From IMG/VR virus record IMGVR_UViG_3300013936_000019, positions 1 through 64,000 of that record: a DNA stretch of 64,000 nucleotides; one strand, written 5' to 3'. Numbering within the stretch: the stretch's first letter is position 1; every line of letters starts with the position of its first letter. The position numbers and the translations under genes were made by a program. The notes beneath the pieces were generated by a model, which saw only the letters and a list, made by a program, of their open reading frames with translations, was not told the DNA's origin and ran no database searches. This document shows positions 34,261 to 44,238 of this stretch, in pieces. This stretch comes from a virus (taxonomy: Duplodnaviria > Caudoviricetes).

Positions 34261-35229
34261 ATGAATACATTTTGTAAAGTAGAAAAGGATTTATTATTAA
34301 ATAATTTTTATACCAATAGAGAGCTTATAAGTAAAGATGCATTAGCTGTAATGGTTTGCTTGGGAGTAAATTCTATTGGTATAGCTCCAGATGGAGAATG
34401 TGAAAATGTTTTTTTATCATATGGCTATTTGGACTACTTAATGTTTAAAGGTAAAAAAGTAACAACGTCTGAAAAACAAATGATAAAAAATGGTTTTCAG
34501 GAACTTGTTAATTTAGGAAAAATAGTGATCATAAAAAAAATTGGTATATCTGATTTTATTTGTGATATTTCAAATATTTTAAAAAATAAATCAAATAATT
34601 TTGTAAAAATTACATATGATGAATTTTATAAAATATTTAGTATAAGGACAGAAGTAAATAATACTAGCTTGTTAAGATATTACGCATGTTTATTGGGAAC
34701 ATTTAAAGAATACAAAGGAAAACCATATTCATATAAAATAGGTACAGAAAGGCAAGAAACTCTTGCTATATTATGTAGGATTAGCGTTCAAAGTTTAGTT
34801 AAATATAATGAAATTCTTAAATTAAATAAGTTAATTTACATAAGTAAAAGGAAAAAGTACAACAATTCAAACGTCAAAACTGGTAGATTATACAATCAAT
34901 TATCTAATGTATACAGTAAGTATGATAAAGGGGAAGAATATTGCAAACAATTTATGGATGATAATAATTTTGTAAAAATCAAAAAAGAATTTATTGATAT
35001 ATCTAACGAAATGCGTAGCCTTTCTCAGAAGTATAATTACTTTGCAAGAGTTTATAAAGACAAACAGTGTGAAGATTTAGATAGAGTTCAAGCTGCTTAT
35101 GAAGCAGGTAAACAATGGAATGAATATACAAAGCAAGATTTTGAGCAGTCTATTCAAGACGGCAAAAAAGTTGACGAGCCAAAATATAAAGACTTATCTA
35201 TTTTTGAACAGTATGATTTGACTATTTAA
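34261..35229 (+). CDS. putative replication initiator or DNA-binding protein
   Basis: Basic 322-aa protein with an HTH-like segment (QETLAILCRISVQSLVKYNEILK), adjacent to the iteron region, with promoter TTGACT..TAAGAT at 34196-34223. Confidence 0.4.
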   Translation: MNTFCKVEKDLLLNNFYTNRELISKDALAVMVCLGVNSIGIAPDGECENVFLSYGYLDYLMFKGKKVTTSEKQMIKNGFQELVNLGKIVIIKKIGISDFICDISNILKNKSNNFVKITYDEFYKIFSIRTEVNNTSLLRYYACLLGTFKEYKGKPYSYKIGTERQETLAILCRISVQSLVKYNEILKLNKLIYISKRKKYNNSNVKTGRLYNQLSNVYSKYDKGEEYCKQFMDDNNFVKIKKEFIDISNEMRSLSQKYNYFARVYKDKQCEDLDRVQAAYEAGKQWNEYTKQDFEQSIQDGKKVDEPKYKDLSIFEQYDLTI

Positions 35230-35270
35230 AATTATATATAAGTGAAAACGGTAATTATAAGGAGGAAAAT

Positions 35271-37220
35271 ATGATTAAAAATATTTGTAAAGCAATAAAT
35301 GGTGATTTTAATTTAGATTTTATTCCAGAGTATTTATGGAAAAATAATTATAAAAATTATGCTAAATATTCACCATATGATAATAACTCTGTTATATTAT
35401 ATGTTAATTTAGATAAAATATATTCATTTTATTCAGACATTAATGATAATTATTCTAAGAATGGATTTATTAAGTTTTTTGAGCATGAAAATAGATATAT
35501 GTGGATAAAAAATGATTATAAATCAAAATAGAGGCAAACAAAATGAAAGATAATAACATTATAAAGGAAAATATTATTCTAATGGATTCGAATAAAGGTA
35601 TTTATAAAGGTGCGTTTATTCATAAAAAAGATTATGGCTTTTTTATGAAAGAAAACCAGTGAACTATTTGCGAACTTGAAATAATGAATGATTATAAAGG
35701 AGATAAACAAAATGGAAGCAAAAGAAGTTAACAACATAAAAGTATATGGTAAACAATATCACGAAATTTCATATGATGATAAATTTAAAATTGTGACAGA
35801 GCTATATAATTTTGCAAAAGGAACTATTAAAGGCAGTTACATTCCTAATGAATTATATTTAATTCCAGATAGCAATAAAGGAATTTATAGAGCTTGTAGT
35901 AACAATGAAAATAAATATTTAATATGCGATCTAGAAAAAGAAAACAATGAATATATTTGCCACAACATTATTACTTTAAAAGAATATGTTGAAAACCAAG
36001 ATAATGCTGCTACCATTGAAGTATTTAAGAGAAAAATTAATATGACTTTTTATACTGATGCTATCAAGAAAACTGAAGGGTTTTATAAAGATAATTATAA
36101 TAACTATTATGAAATAAAATTTGATGGAGATAAAACGGGAAGTATATACTTGGAAAATAAGAACAAGAGAGAATTTATTGACATTCGTAGCAATTATTGT
36201 GGAACTGAAATTGAATTTAATGACATTAAACTTGGTTATGCCGGAGATCGGGTTGAACAAAGAAGATCAATTTTAGAGTCTATTCTTGAATATGTTATGT
36301 TGAACAAAAATTTATTTAATGACTTTAAGAAACTTAAGGATGGATATATTTGGAATAATGAATATTATGAAAATTATGAGGATATATTATATGATATAGA
36401 GCAAAAAATAAAAAGTAAAAACCTTGAAAACAAATTTATGACAGAAGGTTTGACTTTAGACGATTTTAGCGACGAAAAATCTTGATTTATAAGAAATTTT
36501 TGCTATAATATGTATGGATTAAACTATTTAAAATTATAAAGGAGAATATTATGCAAAACTTTGAATTAGAATTAAGAAGATTTCGAATAGAAGACGAAGA
36601 AAAATGGAGAGAAATTATTGAAGACATCCCTGCTCTTAATTTTAAGAAAGAATGGAATGTTAGAATCATTCCTCCTTTTAGCGGTGCTATGGCTAGATTT
36701 TGGATTGATTATAACAATAAATGGGTGAGTGTATATCTTGATTGGTATGGTAGACTTGGTGTCATGGATCAGCCATATTATGAAGTTTATGATGGCGAAA
36801 ACACTATCAGATATCTGCTAAATGAAACTGACAAGATGATGGATGATATTGACAAAATTTTAAATAGAGTATCAATGCTTGATTTATATGAGAATTAGAA
36901 AATGCCCCTCCCAGTTTGTTGAAAAATTAGGCGATACTAGTTGCTCTATTTTCCTTATTTTGTATAAGAAATTAACAAATGCGATGCTAAATTAAATCTT
37001 GCCCTTTAGGGAGGAGGACGAAAATATGTCTAAAAATTTAAAAGAGTTGTTAAATGAAGAAAATTTATTTGGAAGTAATGGAATTAAAACGGAAGGAGAA
37101 ATTGATGATTTAGATTTGTGCGTCGAAGATAAGAATTTTCTTAAGGAGGAATTAGAAGGTATGACTACGCTAATGTATTTAAATGATGGCATGATTAAAT
37201 GTGATCCAGATTACGAATAA
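35271..37220 (+). other. hypothetical genes (35271-35531, 35712-36485, 36551-36898, 37026-37220)
   Basis: ORFs with RBSs; promoter TTGATT..TGcTATAAT at 36482-36509. Confidence 0.65.
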
Positions 37221-37232
37221 TGGAGGTAAAGT

Positions 37233-40040
37233 ATGTCTGAATTTGGCTTAAAAATAAAAAACATTAAAGCTGCAACTTTATTTGGATACAATAATGGAAT
37301 TAGAAACAGATATGATTATACAGACGCTATGTTTAGTAATAGCTTATTTAGTAAATATATTATTGCTAATGGGTTAAATGTATGGAAAGAAGAATCCACT
37401 AGAGATATTGTATGTTTTGAATTTGATTTTGGAACAAGAGATTATCAAGAAGAAATGAATCATTTGCAGGAGATGTTGGAAGAATGTAAAACTGAGACAG
37501 AAAAACAAAATGTAATTAAAATTATAGAAAATGTAGAAAATAATAAAGGCAAATATATAAAATTATCAAAAGAAGAAATTAGGTCTTTATTTTATAAAGA
37601 AGGAGTATATATTGATTACATTTCAAAAGATAAAGATGGGAATATAAAGAAATGTGATAGAATTTATTATAGAATGTTATATAGAAGTTCTGCAAAAGCA
37701 AAACTTGGGCAAGTAATGTTCATTAATGCTAAATTATATAATAAAGCATATGACTGGCTTACTATGGGATTAGGGCATAAAATGCCATATCATAATGCAA
37801 AAATAGTTGAAATGTCTGCATATGCTCCACTTACAACAAGCACTATTGTTGGAGAGATACATATTCCGGTTGAAAATATTGTAATTTTAAAAGATCAAGA
37901 TAGTTTTTTTAAGACCATGGCAAAAATTGTAAAAGCAGAAGAATACACAAAGGAAGTTAAAAAACTTGATGAAATTTCAACTGATAAAAATAGACAGAAA
38001 GCTTTAGAAAATAAAAACTATAATGAAAATGGTTCTCTAAAATATAAAAAAGTATACAAAACGGAAGATAAAATTGAAAAAAAGTGTGTAATTGAAGACG
38101 CTGAAACGGATGTTAAGAATACTTTGTGGGATGGAATGGGGCTTGTAGAGAGTGCAATTTTCCCTTCTTGGTGCAATGGAATGATGTTAATTAGAAATCA
38201 TTTCTTTAAAATGTGTGGGTTTAAAACAAATATGCAACTTTTTTTTAAAGATTGGTGTAAAAAGACAGGGAATGATTATGATACATATGAAATTTCTGAT
38301 ATGTTTGGTATTAAACATAGATTAAAGGATATAAAAGTTCTTACAACAGATAATGCCATTAAATGGAAAAAATTTATAGATATTATGGGAGGTACTTTAC
38401 CACTTGCCTATCAATACTGGTGTGAAAGAATTAATGCAGATGGTTCTATGTTTGGAATTGTTAAAACAGATCACCCAAGTAAATTAGGAAATAGTACTCA
38501 GCAAATGTCATATCAGATGATCAATACTCTTCCATGCAGCAAATTAGATATTGATGAACTTGCATCTGGAAGTGTTAGCTATGTTGAAAAAATGAAGTTT
38601 GACAATGATGAATTTGAAAGATTTTTAAGAATGAATTCAACGGAGGTAAATCATTATAAAATGATGATAGATTTGTATGAAAACAATAAAGATTTTGCTG
38701 AAAGTGAATGGTTCAGAAAAGAAAAGTCTAATATTATAAAGAATTATGTTGATAGATTAAGAAAAGGAAAAATAACGGTTAATGCAGATAATCTTACTGT
38801 ATGTGGTAATCCATATGGGTTATTAATGTATGCAGTTGGAGAAAATTGGCACGATGATCCAACATTGAATTACGAGAATGGAACAATTCAATGCTATACT
38901 ACTCTATTTAATGATGGAGAATACATTTGTGGTATACGAAATCCACATAATTCTCCTAATAATGTTGGGTATTTGCACAATAAATATAGTCCGGAAATGA
39001 AAAAATATTTTCCATTTAGCAATAATATTATTGCTGTTAATTGTATTCAGAGTGATATTCAGTCAAGATTAAATGGCATGGACTTTGACAGCGATTTTAT
39101 ATTTGCTACGAATAATAGAGTAATGGTAAATGCCGCAAAAAAATGCTATTCTGATTATCCAACAATTGTAAACGCATTAAATGAAAGTGGGATTACATAT
39201 AATAATGATATGCAGGCTTATGCTGACATGGATAATAAATTTGCAAAATCAAGACTTGGAATTGGATGGTCTAGCAATTTAAGTCAGCTTGCGATGACTT
39301 ATTATTGGACAAGTCCTTCAAAAGAATTGTATGATAATTTTGTTATCTTATCAGTATTAGCACAGGTAATAATAGATGGATGTAAAAGAGAATATGAAGT
39401 TGACGGGATGACAGAAATAAAGAGAATTAAAGCTCTTGATTGTATGAATAGATACATTGAAGTTAAAGATGAAAATGGCAAGGTTAAAAAGAAAAATTAT
39501 GATTATCCTTATTTTATGAAATTTGTAAAAGAAATTAAATATACAAAGAATGGTAAAGAAATTGAACATGAGAAAATAAAACAGCAGAAACAAAAGATAA
39601 AGGATAGAATTGATGCTTCTTTATTGTGTCCAATGAATTGGTTGCAAACAACATTAAATGGGATTAAGGTGTCTAGTAAAACAGATACAATTCCAACAGA
39701 GAATTTTATTGTTAATGTAAAAGGGAAAGCCGATTCTAGACAAATTTCTAAAATTAGAAAAATGGTTCAGGAATATGATATTTTTGTATCAAATAATTAT
39801 AACAATGAAGATGCCGAAGAACTTATTCAAGATAAGTTCAACGAGCTTGTTGATAATGTGTCAAAAATAAAAATAGGTGATATAAAAACTATAAATAGAC
39901 TTATAGAGATAGGATTCGGCATTAATACGTCAAAAAATGATAGTATGAATAAGAAATCAAAGACGTTATTAAATTGTTTATACAAAGCAAACCGTGAAAA
40001 ATTCATAAAAAACTTCAAAAAAAATGCAGAAACTGTTTAA
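37233..40040 (+). CDS. yonO: YonO-like single-subunit DNA-dependent RNA polymerase (RdRP-related two-barrel)
   Basis: 935 aa; DGMG, RNPH and catalytic LNGMDFDSD, plus IIDGCK; followed by HU as in SPbeta yonO-yonN. Confidence 0.88.
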   Translation: MSEFGLKIKNIKAATLFGYNNGIRNRYDYTDAMFSNSLFSKYIIANGLNVWKEESTRDIVCFEFDFGTRDYQEEMNHLQEMLEECKTETEKQNVIKIIENVENNKGKYIKLSKEEIRSLFYKEGVYIDYISKDKDGNIKKCDRIYYRMLYRSSAKAKLGQVMFINAKLYNKAYDWLTMGLGHKMPYHNAKIVEMSAYAPLTTSTIVGEIHIPVENIVILKDQDSFFKTMAKIVKAEEYTKEVKKLDEISTDKNRQKALENKNYNENGSLKYKKVYKTEDKIEKKCVIEDAETDVKNTLWDGMGLVESAIFPSWCNGMMLIRNHFFKMCGFKTNMQLFFKDWCKKTGNDYDTYEISDMFGIKHRLKDIKVLTTDNAIKWKKFIDIMGGTLPLAYQYWCERINADGSMFGIVKTDHPSKLGNSTQQMSYQMINTLPCSKLDIDELASGSVSYVEKMKFDNDEFERFLRMNSTEVNHYKMMIDLYENNKDFAESEWFRKEKSNIIKNYVDRLRKGKITVNADNLTVCGNPYGLLMYAVGENWHDDPTLNYENGTIQCYTTLFNDGEYICGIRNPHNSPNNVGYLHNKYSPEMKKYFPFSNNIIAVNCIQSDIQSRLNGMDFDSDFIFATNNRVMVNAAKKCYSDYPTIVNALNESGITYNNDMQAYADMDNKFAKSRLGIGWSSNLSQLAMTYYWTSPSKELYDNFVILSVLAQVIIDGCKREYEVDGMTEIKRIKALDCMNRYIEVKDENGKVKKKNYDYPYFMKFVKEIKYTKNGKEIEHEKIKQQKQKIKDRIDASLLCPMNWLQTTLNGIKVSSKTDTIPTENFIVNVKGKADSRQISKIRKMVQEYDIFVSNNYNNEDAEELIQDKFNELVDNVSKIKIGDIKTINRLIEIGFGINTSKNDSMNKKSKTLLNCLYKANREKFIKNFKKNAETV

Positions 40041-40193
40041 AATTAAAGTGTTTAAAATCCTTATTTTATAAGGGTTTTATGGCAAAAAAGTATTATGAGG
40101 TATATGAGAGGGAAATAATGCTTATTATTTACGCCTTTCAGAACAATTTTTTGTTAAACTATTTAAAATTATAAAAGGAGAAAAAGAGAAATT

Positions 40194-40466
40194 ATGAACA
40201 AGAAAGAATTAACGAGAGCAGTAGCAACTGCAACAGAAATGACACAGAAGGATGCCGAAGTTGCAATTACAGCAACATTTGATGCTATTACAAAGGCAAT
40301 GACAGCAGGTGAAGAAGTTGCAATTCCTAACTTTGGTAAGTTTGAAGCCGTTGAAGTTGAAGAAAGAACAGCAAGAAATCCACAGGATGGTTCTGAGGTT
40401 GTTGTACCAGCTCACAGAAAGCCTAAGTTCCGCGCAAGTTCTGTGTTAAAGAATATTGTAAAGTAG
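40194..40466 (+). CDS. hup: HU histone-like DNA-binding protein
   Basis: MNKKEL..., FGKF, RTARNPQ and PKFRAS signature. Confidence 0.95.
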   Translation: MNKKELTRAVATATEMTQKDAEVAITATFDAITKAMTAGEEVAIPNFGKFEAVEVEERTARNPQDGSEVVVPAHRKPKFRASSVLKNIVK

Positions 40467-40493
40467 ATATAGATTAATTTGTACGGTGGCATT

Positions 40494-40847
40494 ATGAATT
40501 GTACAATTGTTGGCAAGAACATTGAAATTACTGATGGGATGAGAAATTACGCCGAGGAGAAACTATCTAGATTGGATAGATTCTATGAGGATGTTGATCC
40601 AAGTGGACATATTAGAGTATTGGCTCGGGTATATCCAAACGGACAGAAAGTTGAAATTTCAGTTCCTGTAAAACATGGTAGCGTTCGTGCAGAAGTTACC
40701 AGTGATGATTTTTATGAATCAGTAGATTTGGCTATTGATAAACTTGAAGATCAGATTAGACGCCGTAAAACTAAGAAACTTAAGCGTAGAAAGCACGATA
40801 GAAGAAAAGGTGCTTATGATGACGACGACTATGATGATTGGAATTAA
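40494..40847 (+). CDS. hpf: ribosome hibernation promoting factor HPF/RaiA (S30AE domain only)
   Basis: GKNIEITDGMRNYAEEKLSRLDRF...RAE...DFYESVDLAIDKLEDQIRRRKTK. Confidence 0.92.
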   Translation: MNCTIVGKNIEITDGMRNYAEEKLSRLDRFYEDVDPSGHIRVLARVYPNGQKVEISVPVKHGSVRAEVTSDDFYESVDLAIDKLEDQIRRRKTKKLKRRKHDRRKGAYDDDDYDDWN

Positions 40848-40867
40848 TTAAACAATATATAACTGTT

Positions 40868-40889
40868 AGGCGGGTAATTCCCGCCTTTG
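40868..40889 (+). terminator. terminator-like hairpin after hpf
   Basis: AGGCGGG-TAATT-CCCGCCT followed by only a short T run. Confidence 0.6.
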
Positions 40890-40900
40890 AAAATAATATA

Positions 40901-41467
40901 AATTAACTCGGTGATAAACCAGCAGCAAACTGGCCGAGACGGATAGAAAAAGACAGAAAAGTGCTGATTGTGGCGATAGTCACATGAGTTTCTGAATATG
41001 TGTAGTGATGCACATGTTATAGCCTAGGAAGCAATCCTTAATATCCGGTACACATGCAAAAGCATTCAAAAGCAGAAATGAAGTCGCAGCACAATAGATG
41101 GTGCTCAAAAGGCACAAGAATCCTTGTTAGGTTGTAGTTTGGAAGACTATGGCAAACCACGGAAACTCCAATAAGCTGTTTGTCGTGAAACGGGAAACCG
41201 TGTATAAGACTTTATTCCGTCGTCTTAGTAGCCCAAGACAGTTGGCATTACAAGCAAATTATGGTAATATAGCTCATTTGATAAAAAGTAATTAAATACC
41301 TATATTAATACTGAAAGCGGGTGAAAGGTGCAGGTAGACAATCCTGTCTAATGTTCCACTCTTAGAGTGAGCTAAAGAAGCTTTAGGGTAGCTCCCTACT
41401 GCTCAGTCTTTAGTTGTTAGTGGCTGAATATGAATGAGAGAAACATGTGTAACCCGAAGGGGTAATT
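40901..41467 (+). ncRNA. large ornate ncRNA, probably ROOL
   Basis: About 565 nt without an ORF, with many hairpins and long-range helices. Blocks TTAGTAGCCCAA, GTGAAAG..GTAGACAATCC, GGTAGCTCC..GCTCAG and AGTGGCTGAATA match ROOL sequences as recalled. Confidence 0.72.
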
Positions 41468-41534
41468 TTTATATTATTTTCAAAGGTGAGAATGGAAACA
41501 GTGTATATTGTTATTTTTTATGGAGGAAAACAGA

Positions 41535-42623
41535 ATGGGAGTATATCTTGATCATGCGGCAACTGCTCCACTTTCTAGAAGCGTCGCTGACAATATAGAT
41601 GATTTAGCTAAGATATATTATAATCCTAGCGCCGGATATAAGATGGGAAACTATAATATGTCTGTTATAGAAAATGTAAGGGAAAAGATTGCAAAGGAAA
41701 TTAATGCTGAACCAGAAGAAATTATATTTACATCGTGTGCTTCTGAGTCAAATGCATTAGCAATTGATGGATTTTTAAAAGCAAATAAAGGATTTAAGGC
41801 TGTTTGCTCAAATATTGAGCATTCTTCTATTCTTAATAATAGGAATATTAGCGGCGTTATTAAATGTGATAAGAGTGGATTTATCAATCCGGATGATATT
41901 AATGAATATAATAATAGTCTTATTTGCGTTATGATGGTGAATAATGAAATTGGTTCCAGACAGTCTATTAAAGAGATTGTTGAAAATGCGCATAAAAATG
42001 GCAATGTTGTGTTGACAGACGCAGTGCAGGCGTTTGGAAAAGAAAAAATTGACGTAAAATATTTAGACGTTGATATGTTATCTGTGTCTGGGCATAAAAT
42101 TGGTTCTATAAGAGGTGCTGGCTTTTTATACGTAAAAAATGGCATTAAGTTAGAGCCTATTATATATGGAACGCAGGAATACGGTAAAAGAGGCGGAACA
42201 TATGATGATTTAGCAATTAAGACACTTGGTTTGGCAATTGATGATATTGATTATGATGAAGATAGAATTCTTCAGGCAAGAAGAAATTTTTTAATAAAAG
42301 AATTATTGTCTATTGATGGGGTTCATTTAAACGGAGAAGTCTTTAATAGAGCTTCTAATAATATAAATATTAGAATAAACAATGTTTCTGTTGACTCTCA
42401 GCAGATTGTTACACTGTTAGATCGGGCTGGATTTATGGTTAGTGCTGGTTCTGCTTGCCATGCAGAGGAGCCGAAACCGAGTCATGTATTAAAAGCAATC
42501 GGGCTTACAGACGAAGAAGCAATGCGTTCTATTAGAATTACTATTGGTATTGAAAATACAGTAAGAGATTTGGAAGACTTTGTGAAAGCTTTAAAAAACA
42601 TTATAGAAATGTTCAAAAAATAA
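41535..42623 (+). CDS. iscS: cysteine desulfurase IscS/NifS
   Basis: YLDHAAT, NPS, IEHSS, NNEIG, DAVQA, PLP lysine SGHKI and catalytic SAGSACH; ATG 41535 behind GGAGG. Confidence 0.93.
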   Translation: MGVYLDHAATAPLSRSVADNIDDLAKIYYNPSAGYKMGNYNMSVIENVREKIAKEINAEPEEIIFTSCASESNALAIDGFLKANKGFKAVCSNIEHSSILNNRNISGVIKCDKSGFINPDDINEYNNSLICVMMVNNEIGSRQSIKEIVENAHKNGNVVLTDAVQAFGKEKIDVKYLDVDMLSVSGHKIGSIRGAGFLYVKNGIKLEPIIYGTQEYGKRGGTYDDLAIKTLGLAIDDIDYDEDRILQARRNFLIKELLSIDGVHLNGEVFNRASNNINIRINNVSVDSQQIVTLLDRAGFMVSAGSACHAEEPKPSHVLKAIGLTDEEAMRSIRITIGIENTVRDLEDFVKALKNIIEMFKK

Positions 42624-42642
42624 TACGTTATTTTTTATTTAA

Positions 42643-44168
42643 GAATAATGCCGAGAATTCCCCCTTACTTGTATGGGGGATGAATCGGCAATCTTTGTTT
42701 GCATAAGATAACAGAATTTCGCATGCTTATGCAAAATTTCGACTACCATACGATGGTATAATATATATGACATTGCACATAGAAAGGAGACGATATGCCA
42801 CTTAGAAAGAAGAAACAAAAGAAATCACCTGTTGATCATAAGGCATATCGTTTTCTTGCCTTGCCTGATGATAATCAGAAACATATGTTTGCTAAGACAT
42901 TTGGATGTGTTAGATACTTATATGACAGGATGCTTGATGATAAGTCAAAGTGCTATAAGTACTTTGGCGAGTCACTAACTCTTACACCTGCTTGGTACAA
43001 GCACATCTCTTGCTGTCGTTGGTTATCAGAAGTAGATGCTTTGGCATTGGCTAATGTACAGCTCAATCTTAATACAGCTTTTCAGAACTTCTTTGAGAAA
43101 CGTGCAAAGTATCCAAAGTTCAAAAAGAAGTCTGACCATTATGATTCCTACACTACTAATGTGGTCAATGGAAACATAGTAGCCAGAAGTTCTGGAAAGT
43201 ACATATATCTAACACTTCCAAAAAATACCTGGTGAGTTACAGATTCGTAAGCACCGTCAGGTCAAATCTGGTGGAGTACTCAAATCCGTTACTGTTAGTA
43301 AAGAACCTAGTGGCAAGTACTACGTTTCTCTACTCTATGAGTATCAAACAATCAAACCAGATTATGAGATTGACCCATCCAATGCAGTAGGTCTTGATAT
43401 GTCTATGCCTAACTTCTACGTAAGTTCTAGAGAAGGTAGAATAGACACACCACACGCTTATCGCAAGATGGAAGACAGGCTTGCCAAAGAACAGCGTAGG
43501 CTATCCCATATGAAGAAAGGATCTTCTAACTACAAGAAGCAACGTTTGAAGGTTGCCAAGCTGCATGCAAAAACCAAGCATCAGCGCAACGACTTTCTAC
43601 ATAAAGCGTCTCGTAGATTGGTAAATAACTACGATATCATTGGTATCGAAGACCTTGATATGCAAGCAATGTCACGCTCATTAAACTTCGGAAAGTCGAT
43701 AGCTGATAAAGGATGGGGCATTTTTGTCAAGATGCTGATGTACAAAGCAGAAGCACTTGGAAAAGTAGTTATCAAAGTAGATAAGTGGTTTCCAAGTTCG
43801 CAGATGTGTCATGAGTGTGGATGCGTATCCAAACTCACAAAGGATTTATCTGTAAGAGAATGGGTGTGTCCGCAATGTGGCGCACATCTGTACAGAGATG
43901 ACAATGCAGCTAATAATATCGAAGCGGAAGCAGTAAGAATCTATTGCACACGCTAAGTAATAAACAAGAACCGTTGGAACGACGGGGATAGCCTGAGAAT
44001 ACTGTGTGGATAATACAAGACCATGCAGAATAACTACAGTCCTATGTAACGACTCACAGAAGTAATATTCTGTGGTAAGTAGCGCATAGCTAACAAACTG
44101 GAAACACAGGAAAAGTTCTTGTGGCAAAGCCACATAGAAGCTCGGTTACTTGTAGCCGAGTAGTTCAC
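42643..44168 (+). mobile_element. non-autonomous IS200/IS605-family (IS1341-type) element carrying tnpB only
   Basis: Left hairpin TCCCCC-TTACTTGTAT-GGGGGA and right hairpin CTCGGTTACTTGTAGCCGAG share TACTTGTA. Ends in TTCAC at 44168. Left end inferred after TTTAA. Confidence 0.8.
42795..43956 (+). pseudogene. tnpB: tnpB RNA-guided nuclease, frameshifted by one extra A
   Basis: Deleting one A from A6 at 43220-43225 gives a 386-aa frame (TLPKIPGELQIRKHRQ...) with RuvC GLDM, GIEDL and RDDNAA and Zn finger CHEC/CPQC. Confidence 0.9.
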
Positions 44169-44188
44169 CGTTGGCATATACTTCCGCC
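43960..44188 (+). ncRNA. TnpB omega RNA (reRNA) scaffold plus flanking guide
   Basis: ACCGTTGGAACGACGGGGATAGCCTG start, internal hairpins, GAAGCTC...TAGTTCAC right end; guide = 44169-44188. Confidence 0.7.
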
Positions 44189-44238
44189 TTTATAGCATAG
44201 CTTATAGGCGGACAAAATTCAAGGAGTAAAAATGGAAA

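Noticed and set aside
16721-42623. Dnd phosphorothioation system (DndB-like DGxHR protein plus cysteine desulfurase)
   Set aside because: The genes are about 24 kb apart, no dndC/D/E is visible, and the DGxHR protein is explained by yopP-yopQ-yopR synteny.
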